Shown: one piece after another, positions 8,889 to 23,500 of the stretch
Layout of the letters: each line of letters opens with the position of its first letter
How positions within the stretch are numbered: position 1 is the stretch's first letter
The notes under the pieces: generated by a model
Database searches by the model: none
What the model saw: only the letters and a program-made list of their open reading frames with translations
Told to the model about the DNA's origin: nothing
From: Deltaproteobacteria bacterium
GTDB taxonomy: Bacteria; Myxococcota_A; Polyangia; Polyangiales; Houyiibacteriaceae
DNA length: 64,000 nucleotides
Assembly: GCA_004283055.1 (NCBI GenBank)
Contig: SHLP01000005.1
Location: 4,687 to 68,686, forward strand
Reading direction: 5' to 3'
Made by a program: the position numbers and the translations under genes

Positions 8889-10790
8889 TCAGCCCACGAC
8901 CTGAAGACGAACAGTGTCAGAACCGAGCTCTTCGGGTGGAGCGGCCGCAGGAATGTGCTCGTGGCCTGTCGGGATTTCTGCGTCAGCGCTGCCATCGGAT
9001 TTGGGGACCACGCGGCGCATGAGATTTTGCCATGCCGCCTTGGGCGTCGGAAGTTTCTCTTTGAGCTCGACGTAGATGAGCCGGCCGAGCGAGGGCAGGT
9101 AAGGGGCCATCTTGCCGAAGGTCTGACGCGCGTGCGGCAAGTCTTTGGTTACCAAGGACTTGCTCCGAACAGCCGCCCGCCGCGCATGAACCTTGGCTCG
9201 GCCGAGCGGACCCTTACCGACGAGCGGACCGATCTGGTGAATGAGGTCGGCGCTCGTTCCGGCAACGACGTGCGGAGCCTTGTAGAAGGTTCTGGCGTAG
9301 CGGCTGCCCTCCAAGAACTCGCGCGCCTGTTCCTCGGTGATGCCGTACTCGTCGAGAGCTGCCCGATGCTCCTGGCGGGCGCGCTCGCGTGCCTTGAACA
9401 TGTACATTTGGACGCGCGAGTAGAAGTTCACAGCGCCATCTCCGCTCGTCTCGACCGGGCAGTAGATCGCATCGGGATGAAGCTCCGTGATCACGGTTTG
9501 GATGCCATCGGAGACACCAGAGCTCGGCATGCAGCCAAACGGCTTCACGCTTAGCGTCATGTTCGCCTTCTGCTTGGCCACGTTGAGAACGAGCTTGGCG
9601 ACCTCCATGTGACCCTCTCCGCCTCGGAGCTCGTTGTTGTAGAAGCTGTGCCCGACCTTGGCGATTTCGTCCATGTCAGGAAGGCTGTTGCGCTTGAGGC
9701 CCGCGGCTGCACTAAAGGTGGCGAAGGTCGCGCGAAGCGCCAACTCACCGAGCCAGACGCCTGCCATTTTGTAACCGACGTCGGAGCCTTCGAGTCCGTA
9801 GTACGACTCGTCGGTTCCGCGGAGAGTCATGCGCCGTTCGGTGTCGTGCCGCATCTCCCACAGGGTGTAGAGCAGCCAGTTGACCAAGGTCTGAATGTCG
9901 TTTTCGCCGCCCTCCGATTCGACGAATCGCTGAAGGTGATAGTTCCCGTCTCCCTCGGTCGTCATCGCCCAAAACTCGCCGATGATGGCAACCTTCGGTT
10001 TGGCGCGGAGGCGATCGACCTCGACGTCTGCGAGGTGCTTCCGACCGCGCCAAAGCGCGCGAAGAACACTTCTGTTTTGCTCGAGCGCTTCACAGACCTC
10101 GCGCTTCACCTGGGCGAGCGCGAGGTCGGTGGCGCCCTCGACGAGCTCGTAGGGGCGAATGCGATAGCTCAGCACGTTGAGCACATCGCCGGCAAACAGG
10201 CCCCGGGCGAGCGCCATGAAGAACGTCGGGTTGAGCGCGAGGCCGACCTCTTCGCCGGTGGCCTGTTTGAAGCCAGACTGCTGTTGAAAGAGTACGACGC
10301 GGAACCCATCGAAACCTGCGTCGCGAAGCGCTTTGCGATACTCGGTGACGTACATTCCGAACCGGCATGGGCCGCACGCGCCGGCGGTCATGAAGATGTA
10401 CTTGTCGATGATCTCTTGGGCCGACATCCCCTCTTGATCACGCAGGCGGGAGAGCTCTTTGACGAGGTTTCCAACCGTGAAATAGGTGGGATTGCACTGC
10501 GCCTTGTTGCCGAACTCTTTACCGTACCGGAGCGACGCCACATCCGCGCATTCCATCGAGCGGGTGTTGTAGCCAATGCCCTGGAGCGCCGCAGCAACGA
10601 ACTCGTCGTGTGCGATCGTCAGGCCTCCGTTGAGAATCGTGACGGTCTCACGCTCTTTGGCCGAGAAGAAGGGATCGATCATCGAGTCGGTCCACTGCTC
10701 CCGGTCGTCATCGAGCCCTAGTCGCGCCCGCTCTTCGGCTTCAAATGCGGCAAGCTCTTTGTCGATATCGACTTCAAAACCATCAGCCAT
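8889..10790 (-). CDS. 2-hydroxyacyl-CoA dehydratase-related / activase-associated protein of unknown substrate
   Basis: A 634-638 aa protein immediately downstream of the BcrAD/BadFG activase gene. Conserved Cys-containing patches: AQCNPTYF, GACGPCRFG, KPFGCMPSSG, IYCPVETSGDG. Start is either ATG at 10790 (MADGFEV, AAAGGG 9 nt upstream) or GTG at 10805 (GTGA overlap with the upstream stop). Confidence 0.7.
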   Translation of the reverse strand: MADGFEVDIDKELAAFEAEERARLGLDDDREQWTDSMIDPFFSAKERETVTILNGGLTIAHDEFVAAALQGIGYNTRSMECADVASLRYGKEFGNKAQCNPTYFTVGNLVKELSRLRDQEGMSAQEIIDKYIFMTAGACGPCRFGMYVTEYRKALRDAGFDGFRVVLFQQQSGFKQATGEEVGLALNPTFFMALARGLFAGDVLNVLSYRIRPYELVEGATDLALAQVKREVCEALEQNRSVLRALWRGRKHLADVEVDRLRAKPKVAIIGEFWAMTTEGDGNYHLQRFVESEGGENDIQTLVNWLLYTLWEMRHDTERRMTLRGTDESYYGLEGSDVGYKMAGVWLGELALRATFATFSAAAGLKRNSLPDMDEIAKVGHSFYNNELRGGEGHMEVAKLVLNVAKQKANMTLSVKPFGCMPSSGVSDGIQTVITELHPDAIYCPVETSGDGAVNFYSRVQMYMFKARERARQEHRAALDEYGITEEQAREFLEGSRYARTFYKAPHVVAGTSADLIHQIGPLVGKGPLGRAKVHARRAAVRSKSLVTKDLPHARQTFGKMAPYLPSLGRLIYVELKEKLPTPKAAWQNLMRRVVPKSDGSADAEIPTGHEHIPAAAPPEELGSDTVRLQVVG

Positions 10791-10801
10791 GACTAACCCT
10801 T

Positions 10802-14395
<3,594 letters not shown>

Positions 14396-14544
14396 CAGAA
14401 CGGCTTTACCCTTCCCTAGACAGGTGGCTGAGGTAAACACAAGGATCCTCGAAAGTCACGCGGCTTGGCTTGCAAATCGCGTACGTCGACGTCACACCTC
14501 GAATCGCGGAAGGCAAGGCCTTTGGGCCCGTTGCGGAGGATTCC

Positions 14545-15732
14545 ATGAGCAAGGTCTTGATCATTGGTGCAGGTGGAGTTGGCGGCGTCGTCACCCACAA
14601 GTGCGCGGAAGACCGCGACACGTTCTCCGAGATCGTGCTGGCAAGCCGCACCCTTTCGCGCTGCGAAGGAATTCAGAAGCAAGTCCGAGACATGCGCGGA
14701 CGTGAAATCGAAATCGCTCAGGTCGATGCCGACGACGTCGCACAAACGGTCGCGCTGATCAAACGAGTGCAGCCGGAGCTTCTGATCAACGTTGCCCTTC
14801 CATACCAGGACCTGCCATTGATGGATGCCTGCCTCGAAGCCGGCGTGGACTATCTCGACACCGCCAACTACGAGCCGCCCGACGAGGCGAAATTCGAATA
14901 CAAATGGCAGTGGGATTATCACGAGCGATTCGAATCCGCCGGAATCATGGCGCTGCTGGGTTCAGGCTTCGACCCGGGTGTAACCAACACCTTTTGCGCT
15001 TACGCTCAGAAGAAGCTTTTCGACGAGATCGACTACATCGACATCTTGGACTGCAACGGCGGAGACCACGGGCACCCGTTCGCCACCAATTTCAACCCGG
15101 AGATCAACATTCGCGAGATCACCCAGCGGGGCCGGTACTGGGAGAACGGAAGCTGGGTCGAAATCGATGCGATGTCGCAGTCGCGAGTGTTCGATTTCCC
15201 GGCTGTCGGCGAGCGGAAGGCCTACTTGCTCTACCACGAAGAGCTCGAGTCGCTGGTCAAGCACATCGATGGGCTCAAGCGCATTCGTTTCTGGATGACC
15301 TTCGGCGACGAGTACATCACGCACCTTCGCGTGCTTCAAAACGTGGGCATGACCAGCATCGAACCCCTCGAGTACGAAGGCCGGGAGATCGTACCGATTC
15401 AGTTTTTGAAAGCCCTGCTGCCCGATCCATCGACCCTGGGTGAGAACTACACGGGGAAGACGAGCATCGGCTGCTTGATCGAAGGCCGTAAGAACGGCGA
15501 GCCCAAAAAGGTGTTCATCTACAACGTCTGCGACCATCAGGAATCCTGGAAAGAGGTTCGGGCGCAGGCGGTCTCGTACACGACCGGCGTCCCGACGATG
15601 GTCGGCGCAAAGATGCTGCTGACCGGCCAGTGGCAGGGCAAGGGTGTGTTCAATGTCGAGCAGTTCGATCCTGAGCCTTTTCTCGATGAGCTGGGCCGGC
15701 GCGGGCTCCCTTGGCACGTGAAGGAGATGTAG
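14545..15732 (+). CDS. carboxynorspermidine/carboxyspermidine dehydrogenase (saccharopine dehydrogenase family)
   Basis: MSKVLIIGAGGVGGVVTHKC Rossmann start, ...GFDPGVTN..., and a full-length match to the family layout. It is directly followed by the decarboxylase gene. Confidence 0.85.
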   Translation: MSKVLIIGAGGVGGVVTHKCAEDRDTFSEIVLASRTLSRCEGIQKQVRDMRGREIEIAQVDADDVAQTVALIKRVQPELLINVALPYQDLPLMDACLEAGVDYLDTANYEPPDEAKFEYKWQWDYHERFESAGIMALLGSGFDPGVTNTFCAYAQKKLFDEIDYIDILDCNGGDHGHPFATNFNPEINIREITQRGRYWENGSWVEIDAMSQSRVFDFPAVGERKAYLLYHEELESLVKHIDGLKRIRFWMTFGDEYITHLRVLQNVGMTSIEPLEYEGREIVPIQFLKALLPDPSTLGENYTGKTSIGCLIEGRKNGEPKKVFIYNVCDHQESWKEVRAQAVSYTTGVPTMVGAKMLLTGQWQGKGVFNVEQFDPEPFLDELGRRGLPWHVKEM

Positions 15733-16883
15733 TGCTCCCCTGCGCCAACCTCGACCTAGGCCGCGTCGATTCACCTTCCTACGTGATCGACCTCGCTGCC
15801 CTGGAAAGCAACCTGGAGCTCTTGGCGCACGCCCAGCGCGCAGCAGACTGCACGATCTTGCTTGCTCTGAAGGGCTTCGCCGCCTGGGCGACCTTTCCAC
15901 TGCTGCGCAAGTACCTTGAGGGCGTTTCGGCGAGCGGCCCGGACGAGGCGAGACTCGGTCGCGAAGAGCTCGGCAAGCAGGTGCACACCTACTGTCCGGC
16001 GTTTGACGAGGGCTCCCTTCGCACGTCGATTCGATACTCCGACCACGTCATCTTCAACTCGCCGTCTCAGATCGATCGGTTCCGTGCAATCATCGACGAA
16101 CACGCCTCAGACACGAGCTTCGGGCTGAGGATCAATCCGGAGCACTCCGAAGTCGACGTCGCCATCTATGATCCGTGCGCCGCCGGGTCACGCCTGGGCG
16201 CCACCAAGCATGCTCTGATGAAAGCCAACCTTCGCGGAATCGAAGGCCTGCACTTCCACACGCTCTGCGAGCACGGCGCAGACGCGCTCAAACGAACGCT
16301 CGCCGTCATCGAAGACCGCTTTTCGTCTTGGCTCGACGACGCGAAATGGGTGAACCTCGGCGGCGGCCATCACATCACCAGGCCCGACTACGACGTGGGT
16401 ATGCTCATCGACATGATTCGGGAGCTCAGGCGAGAGCGCCGGGTCGATGTCTTTCTAGAGCCTGGGGAAGCGGTTGGGCTGAACGCCGGCGTGCTCGTCG
16501 CGACGGTCCTGGACGTCATCGACAACGACGGACGAATTGCAATCCTAGACACCTCGGCAACCGCGCACATGCCCGATGTGCTCGAGATGCCGTACCGCCC
16601 GGCGATTCGAAACGCGGCAGAGCCGGGGAAGCTCCCGCACAGCTACCGGCTCGGTGGCCTGAGCTGTTTGGCCGGCGACGTCATCGGGGAGTACTCGTTC
16701 GCTGAGCCGCTGGATGTCGGCGACCGGCTCGTCTTCGAGGACATGGCTCACTACACGATGGTCAAGACCACGACCTTCAACGGGGTTAGGCTGCCGTCCA
16801 TTGCGCTCTACGACCCGCGGGACGACTCCTACCGGGTCCAGCGTCGCTTTGGGTACGAAGACTACCGGAACAGGCTCTCTTGA
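15732..16883 (+). CDS. nspC: carboxynorspermidine/carboxyspermidine decarboxylase
   Basis: PLP-dependent decarboxylase of the alanine-racemase fold (...SPSYVIDLAALESNLELL..., ...LLALKGFA..., ...NLGGGH...). An in-frame GTG at 15732 overlaps the upstream TAG by 1 nt, and AAGGAG lies at 15721-15726. Confidence 0.85.
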   Translation: MLPCANLDLGRVDSPSYVIDLAALESNLELLAHAQRAADCTILLALKGFAAWATFPLLRKYLEGVSASGPDEARLGREELGKQVHTYCPAFDEGSLRTSIRYSDHVIFNSPSQIDRFRAIIDEHASDTSFGLRINPEHSEVDVAIYDPCAAGSRLGATKHALMKANLRGIEGLHFHTLCEHGADALKRTLAVIEDRFSSWLDDAKWVNLGGGHHITRPDYDVGMLIDMIRELRRERRVDVFLEPGEAVGLNAGVLVATVLDVIDNDGRIAILDTSATAHMPDVLEMPYRPAIRNAAEPGKLPHSYRLGGLSCLAGDVIGEYSFAEPLDVGDRLVFEDMAHYTMVKTTTFNGVRLPSIALYDPRDDSYRVQRRFGYEDYRNRLS

Positions 16884-16920
16884 GCCTTGAACTTCGACCT
16901 GGAGCGGTAAGACTCGCGTG

Positions 16921-17433
16921 ATGGCTGCTTTGTCGGACTTCACCACCTACGCCAAGGAGACAGGCGCACGCCTCAGCAATCAGCCGCTCGTGTACGAAAC
17001 GACGCAGCGACTCGAGGTCACGCAACAGGAGCTCTTCAACTACGTGAGCGACTTCGAGCGATCGAGCGAATGGATCGTCGGCGCCAAGAAGAGCTGGACC
17101 GACAACAGCGAGGCCGAGGCACCGGGCCAGGTCGGGGCGGTTCGCGTCATCGAGAGCGGAGGCCCGATGCTCGTTCGGGAAAAAGTGAAGGCGTACGAGG
17201 CACCCCGCATGCTCGCTTATTCGGCCAACGACGGAGCGTTCTTGGGGACGTGCTTCGACCACCTCGGCGTGATGACCTGCGAGCCGCATCCCGATGGGGG
17301 AACGGTGATTTGCTGGTTGGCGTACGGCCGGCTCGCGAACAACCCTCTCAAAGCGTGGGCGGGCGCGAAGCTGTTCCAAGTTGCGCTGGGCCGAGGTATG
17401 AAGAACTTGCGACGAAAGTTTGCACCTCGTTGA
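16921..17433 (+). CDS. SRPBCC-superfamily protein (START/polyketide-cyclase-like)
   Basis: About 170 aa with a helix-grip-fold-like pattern (...LFNYVSDFERSSEWIVG...GAVRVIE...). ATG at 16921 directly follows the track's GTG at 16918. Confidence 0.6.
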   Translation: MAALSDFTTYAKETGARLSNQPLVYETTQRLEVTQQELFNYVSDFERSSEWIVGAKKSWTDNSEAEAPGQVGAVRVIESGGPMLVREKVKAYEAPRMLAYSANDGAFLGTCFDHLGVMTCEPHPDGGTVICWLAYGRLANNPLKAWAGAKLFQVALGRGMKNLRRKFAPR

Positions 17434-17437
17434 GCGC

Positions 17438-20400
17438 ATGGAGCTCATCCGCAGCAACCGAACGGAAAACCTCGCGGACGCGCTTGCTTCGCTGATTCGC
17501 CGCGAGCCCCTGGGCGCGTTCCAGAACGAAGTCATCGTGGTTTCGAGTCGCGGCATGGAGCGCTGGCTGACGCTCGCGCTCGCCGAGCGGCTAGGGGTTT
17601 GGGGGAATCCTTCGTTTCCGTTCCCGCGAGCCGTGATCGAAGAAGTCCTCGAACGCGCGCTCGGGGCGTCGGAAAAGGCGTCCGCATATTCGCCGGACCG
17701 ACTGAAATGGACGATCGCGCGCCTGCTTGAAGAATCCGCGCCGCAAAAGCTGCGTGTTTACTTGGGTGCCGAACCCGACCCCGACCGCGTGCTGCGCTTC
17801 GCGGACGGCCTCTCCGCGGTGTACGACGACTACGTCGTGTATCGGCCGGAGATGCTGGCCGATTGGGCAAAGAGGCCATCGGCGAGCTGGCAGAGTGAGC
17901 TCTGGCATCGTGTTGCGCAGGCACTCGGGCCGCAGGACCTCGCCTCCCGTATTCGGCAAGCGCTGCCCAGGCTCCGAAGCGACCAGCGCATCGACGATCT
18001 CAGCTTTGAACGGCTTCACGTGTTTGCGCTCGAAACCGTTCCGCCTCTGTTCGTCGAGCTCTTCGATGCGCTCTCGCACTCGGTTCCGACGACGCTCTAT
18101 GTGCTGGAACCCTCGCGCGAATACCTTGGGGACGTGCTGCCCTCTGCGGAAGGACCCGCTTCGAGCGACGGCCATACATTTCTATCGAGCGTCGGACGTC
18201 TGAGCCACGACTTCCAGCAAGTCCTGCTCTCCGTCGACCGGAGCCTGGGCCGCCAGGTGGAGGTCTATGAGGCGCCGAAACGAACGAGCCTGCTGAGCTC
18301 GCTCCAGGCCGACATGTTCGAGTTCAGGAGCACGCCGGCGCCGGCGGATCGGCCTGTCCAGAGCCCTTTGGATTCGTCGATGACCGTCCACGCGTGCGCC
18401 GGCCCGATGCGGGAGGCACAGGTCGTCTATGAAGCCGTTCAGAGCGCTCTCGAGGAGGACTCGACCCTTCTGCCCGAAGACATCCTCGTCATGGCGCCGA
18501 ACCTCGAGGCCTACGCGCCGGTTTTTCGAGCGGTGTTCGGCCAGGAAGGGCGCCACCGCATTCCCTATGAAGTTCACGACCGCCTGACGCGCGAAGACGC
18601 GCGTTTCTACGACGACTTCGTCGCGGTGCTGGAGGTGCTCGGCTCGCGGTTCTCGGTGCTCGACCTGCTGCGGCTGATCGACGCAGACTCGATGCGCGCG
18701 GACTTCCGCTTCAGCCCAGAGGAACGAGCGAGGCTGACGGAGCTCCTCGCAGCGGCCGGCGTCCGCTGGGGCATCGACGCAGCGCACCGCACCGAGCTGG
18801 AGTTCCCCGCCGAGCCCATGCACACCTGGAAGGCGGGTTTTGGCAGGCTGTTCTTGGGATTCGCCTCGTCAACGCAGGACAGCGCTGTCTTCAACGGCCT
18901 GCTCCCGCGGGGGGCGCCATCGCTCGAAGACGCCGCTCTCGTGGCGCGCTTGTCACGGCTGGGCGAGACGCTGTTCGAGGCGCAGCGCCAGGCGCGCGAG
19001 CCGCAGACGATGGGCGACTGGACCGAGCTCCTCGTGCAGCTTTGCAGATCGCTCTTCTCGGAGGACGATGAGTGGAGCCCTGCGGTGCGGGTCATCCGCG
19101 AAGCGCTCGGCAGCTTGAAAGAGTCGGCCGAGCAGAGCGAATACAGCGGCTCCCTGTCGCTCAAAACCATTCGCCGAGAGCTTGCCGGGCTTCTGCAGCG
19201 GGAAACCCCCGCGGTTGGATTCCTGCGACGTGGCGTGACCATCGCCGAGCTCGTACCTCTGCGGCCGGTGCCGTTTCGGCTCGTATGTCTCGTCGGAATG
19301 GACGAAGCTTCATTTCCGCGGGCGGACAGGCGTCTGAGCTTTGACGTGACGCGGGATTCGCCGCGACCAGGCGACCGGAACCAGCGCCACGACGATCGTC
19401 ATGCGTTCCTGCAGGCCATCCTTTGCGCGCGCGACAGGCTCATCGTCACCTATGGAACGCCTTCATCGGGCTCGCGACAGAGCGCTAGCCCCTCGCCACT
19501 GCTGTGGGAGCTTCGCGACGCGGTCAATCGCTACTACCAAGGTCCTGATGGCGCGCCGCTGCTCGAACCAGTCGTGCACCCGCGGCACGCGTTTGATGCT
19601 ACTTATTTCGACGGCAGCGCGACGTTTCAGAGCAGCTCGCGGCGGCATCTGCAAATCGCCGAAGCGCTGCGCCAGCCGCCTGACGAACGCACGCGCGTCG
19701 AGCTCCTGGCCGAGACGGGCGAGCAGGCCCCCGTCGTATCGACGGGCGAGCTCGCCTCTTGGCTTTGGAACCCGATCGCTTCGTTCATCGATCGGGTCCT
19801 GTTGGCGCGATTCGATGAGTCAGAGCTCTACGAGCCGACGATGGCGGTCACGCAGGCCAGCCCGCTCGACAAATCGCTGCTTGGGAATGCCGCCCTTCGA
19901 GCCGGTCTTCGTGACGACGCTCTTCGGGAATTCCTCGAGGCCGCGCCCGAATTCCCGGATGGAACCTGGGGTGCTCTCGAACGGCAAGCCCTCGCGCAGG
20001 AGCTCGCCGACCTCAACTGGCGGGCCGACGAACTACAGACGCATCCGACGGCCGAGTCAGAGCTGCTTTCGGTGGAGCTCGACGGGCTCGTCTTGGAGGG
20101 CCGCGTGGACGGTTTGTTTCCGGAGCAGCGGCTCGTGAAGCGCTTCACGAAGGCCGGGCGCAGAGCGGAGCTGGCGGCCTGGGTCGAGCACCTGCTGTTG
20201 CAGGCGGCCACCGGGACGAGGCGCCGGACGAATCTCGTCCTGCGAGGCGAACGCCAGCGGGCGAGCCTGATCTCATTCGCGCCGCCCGAGGACCCTTGGC
20301 AGCTGCTCGGCACGCTGCTCGAAATCTACGGCGAGTGCGTCGAAAAGCCTGTGCCCCTTCTGGAAAGCGCGTCGCGGCTCTTCGCTCAGCACTACCGTCC

Positions 20401-20587
20401 CGAGGATCGACGCAAGGCCGAGAAATCGGCGAGGACTGAATTGCGAAGCCTGTGCGGCAGAGATGCGCGCCTCGCATATGCCCTGGGGTCGTTCGACGCA
20501 TTTGGGGATGAACGCTGGATGGAGGCCTTCGAGCAAGCGGCGCTCGCGGTCTACAGACCGCTCTTCGAGCATCGGAGCGAGCCATGA
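17438..20587 (+). CDS. recC: exodeoxyribonuclease V gamma subunit
   Basis: MELIRSNRTENLADALASLIR...VIVVSSRGMERWL... is the canonical RecC N-terminus. About 1050 aa. ATGA overlap with recB at 20584-20587. Confidence 0.9.
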   Translation: MELIRSNRTENLADALASLIRREPLGAFQNEVIVVSSRGMERWLTLALAERLGVWGNPSFPFPRAVIEEVLERALGASEKASAYSPDRLKWTIARLLEESAPQKLRVYLGAEPDPDRVLRFADGLSAVYDDYVVYRPEMLADWAKRPSASWQSELWHRVAQALGPQDLASRIRQALPRLRSDQRIDDLSFERLHVFALETVPPLFVELFDALSHSVPTTLYVLEPSREYLGDVLPSAEGPASSDGHTFLSSVGRLSHDFQQVLLSVDRSLGRQVEVYEAPKRTSLLSSLQADMFEFRSTPAPADRPVQSPLDSSMTVHACAGPMREAQVVYEAVQSALEEDSTLLPEDILVMAPNLEAYAPVFRAVFGQEGRHRIPYEVHDRLTREDARFYDDFVAVLEVLGSRFSVLDLLRLIDADSMRADFRFSPEERARLTELLAAAGVRWGIDAAHRTELEFPAEPMHTWKAGFGRLFLGFASSTQDSAVFNGLLPRGAPSLEDAALVARLSRLGETLFEAQRQAREPQTMGDWTELLVQLCRSLFSEDDEWSPAVRVIREALGSLKESAEQSEYSGSLSLKTIRRELAGLLQRETPAVGFLRRGVTIAELVPLRPVPFRLVCLVGMDEASFPRADRRLSFDVTRDSPRPGDRNQRHDDRHAFLQAILCARDRLIVTYGTPSSGSRQSASPSPLLWELRDAVNRYYQGPDGAPLLEPVVHPRHAFDATYFDGSATFQSSSRRHLQIAEALRQPPDERTRVELLAETGEQAPVVSTGELASWLWNPIASFIDRVLLARFDESELYEPTMAVTQASPLDKSLLGNAALRAGLRDDALREFLEAAPEFPDGTWGALERQALAQELADLNWRADELQTHPTAESELLSVELDGLVLEGRVDGLFPEQRLVKRFTKAGRRAELAAWVEHLLLQAATGTRRRTNLVLRGERQRASLISFAPPEDPWQLLGTLLEIYGECVEKPVPLLESASRLFAQHYRPEDRRKAEKSARTELRSLCGRDARLAYALGSFDAFGDERWMEAFEQAALAVYRPLFEHRSEP

Positions 20588-23500
20588 GCGCCATGCATCC
20601 GGAGCTGGTGCCGCTCGATGCGCCGACGCTCGTCGAAGCAAGCGCCGGCACCGGCAAGACCCACGCGATCACGACCTACTTCGTTCGCGGGCTCCTGGAG
20701 CTCGGCTTGCAGCCGGAGCAGATCCTGGTCGTCACCTATACGAACGCGGCGACGGCGGAGCTCCGGATCCGAGCGCGCGACCGAATCGCTCAGGCACTCG
20801 TCATGCTGGACTCGTCCAACGGGCGAGGCGACGCGCTCCGCGAGGTCGTCGACGCCGCAGCCGAACGCCTCGGCCGAAGCGAAGTCGAACGTCGGCTCAG
20901 AAACGCGATCGGCAAGATGGATCAGGCTGCCATCCTGACGATCCACGGCTTCTGTCAGCGGCTCCTGCTGGAGTATCCGCTCGAGCTTGGAATCGACTTC
21001 GACCTCGAAGTTGCCGAGGATGTGGAGTCCGTGCACGCCGAGCTTGCGGTCGATTTCTGGGTGAGCGAGCTCTACGACCAGGGCGAATGGCTGCTCGAAG
21101 CGCTGAAGAAGGCCAAGGTCGGGCCCGAGCACCTGGCAACGCTGGCCAGCGTCGCCTCGATGCGGGCCACCGAGCTCCTTGGTCCGGAACGGCACGATGC
21201 GAACGACAACCTCGTCGCGGACTGGCTGGAGGAACATCGACGGGCCGGGGAGCTCTGGAACCGGGAGCGAGCGCAAGTCTGCGAGATTCTCGTGCGCAAC
21301 CCGGACTTCAACCGAAATCGGTACAATCTCAAGAGCATCCCGAAGACCTGGATGCCCGCGCTGGACGCCTTTTTCGAGCAGCCGCGTTTTGCGTACCCCC
21401 CGGCGTGCCTGCCGCTTCTCGCCGAGGGCAGGATGGCGATGAAGAAAGGCCGGGATGAGCCCGAGCACGCTTTTTTCAGAGCGTGCCGCAGCCTGTTGGA
21501 TGCCCATGAAACACTGCAACCGATGCTCGACTATGCGGTGTTCGACGTGCAGCAGCGGTTCATCGAGCATGCCCGGAGCGTTTCGCGCAAGCGCCGCCAC
21601 GAAACCTCCGTGTTCACGTTCGACGACTTGTTGACAGCCGTCTACGCGGCGTTGGATCCCTCGATGGCCGGTGCCGCGGCGTCGAGCCGGGACGAGCTCA
21701 TCGCGACGATCGCAAGGTCGTATCCTCTGGCGCTCATCGATGAGTTTCAGGACACCGATTCGGTGCAGTATGGGATTTTTCGAGCAATCTACGGCGAGGG
21801 TGCAGCGGTCTACGTCGGCGACCCGAAGCAAGCGATCTACTCGTTTCGCGGAGCGGACGTCTTTTCGTACATGGGTGCCGCGGCGGACGTTGGTCAGCGC
21901 AAGCATGCACTTGGAACCAACTGGCGCTCCGACCCGGCCGTCGTCGAAGGGGTCAACGCCCTGTTCTCCCGCAGAGAGCCTGCGTTCGCGCTCGACGGCA
22001 TCGACTTCGAGCCGGCTGTCGCGCAAGCCGACGGGAACCGTTCGAGCCTCGACGCGGGCTTGGAGCTGATCTTCATCGAAGAAGAGCAGCTCGAGGGTCC
22101 GCTCGCCGAGGCGGTCGCGCCGATTGTCGCCAATGAAATCGCGCTCCTGCTCGATTCCGAGGCTCGGATCAATGGGCGCCCAGTGGTGCCCGACGACGTG
22201 GCCGTGCTGTGCCGCAGCAACACGCAGGCAGAGGAAGTGACGGCCGCTCTGCGGGCCCTGCGGATTCCGACCTCACTCGACGGCGGCTCGACCGTGCTCG
22301 GGACCGAGATCGCTTCGGAGCTTGGAGCCGTCCTCGAGGCGGCCTTGATGCCAGGCGACGCTGGCGCAGTCCGGCGCGCGCTCCTGACGAGGCTGTTCGG
22401 AGTCAGCCCGTACGCGCTCTCTTCGATGAGCGATGAAACCTGGACCAGCTGGGTGACTCGGTTCCGAGAATGGAACGAGACCTGGCACAGCTACGGCGTG
22501 CTTCGCTTCCTCGAAGACATGCTCCGGGTCTCGGAGGCCGAGAAGCGAATCGCGCGTCAGCCGGCAGCGCGACGAGAGCTCACCGACCTTTCGCACATCG
22601 AAGAGCTCCTTCTTCGCGGAGAACGGGAGCAAGGCCGAAACCCCGTCTCTCTGATGCAGTGGCTTCGGCGCGCGAGTAACGGCTCCGCAGCCGGCGGGGT
22701 GGCGCGCGAGGAGCTCCAGCAACGGCCGGACGCCGAGTCGGGCGCGGTTCGTGTCGCGACGATTCACAAGAGCAAAGGCCTCGAGTACGGGATCGTCTAT
22801 TGCCCGTTCACGTGGAACGACGCCGGCCTTCGAGGCTTCGCGGCTAAGGCCCTGAAGTTCCACGACGCAGAGCGCGACATCAAGCTCGACCTTCGCCTCA
22901 CGCTCCCCGATGCTCGGAACAGGTTTGCAAATCAGCCCGAGCTCGCCGAACATCGGAGGCTTGCAGAGCTCGAAGCGCAGTCCGATGCGCTTCGGCTGCT
23001 TTATGTGGCGGTCACACGCGCCAAGCATCGGTGCACGCTTTTTTGGGGGCGTGGTGCGGGTTGGAAGACGTCGGCGCTTCGCTACCTGTTGCACGGGGAC
23101 GACGGGTTCGACGAGCTCGACGAACCGCAAATGCGCCAGGCTGTCGAGGCGCTCGCGGCTGCGTCCTCGGGCACGATCGGCTGCCGTCCGCCTCACGGAG
23201 AGGCGGCGGCCCCGATGCAGCCCGAGGCGCCCAAAGCGAACCTGGCCGCGAAAGCGCAGAGCCGCACTTTCGACCAAGCACCCACAATGGCGAGCTTCAC
23301 GAGCCTGAGCGGCCACGACGAAAAAGCGCCCGTCGAACGAAGCGACGGCGCGCCCACGGAACACGATCGTGCTCTCTTTGGGAACTTGGCGCCGGGAGCG
23401 CGGACGGGCCTGTTGCTCCATTCGATTTTGGAACAGGCGAATTTCGCAGAGCTCGGTGGAGGGGCAACGGAGACCTTGATCGAGCGCGAGCTAGGGGCGT

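Noticed and set aside
20551-22026. 491-aa minus-strand ORF inside recB, with similar ORFs at 22273-23421, 55213-56523 and 61131-62411
   Set aside because: All are antisense or off-frame relative to genes with unambiguous catalytic motifs. They are typical GC-rich shadow ORFs.
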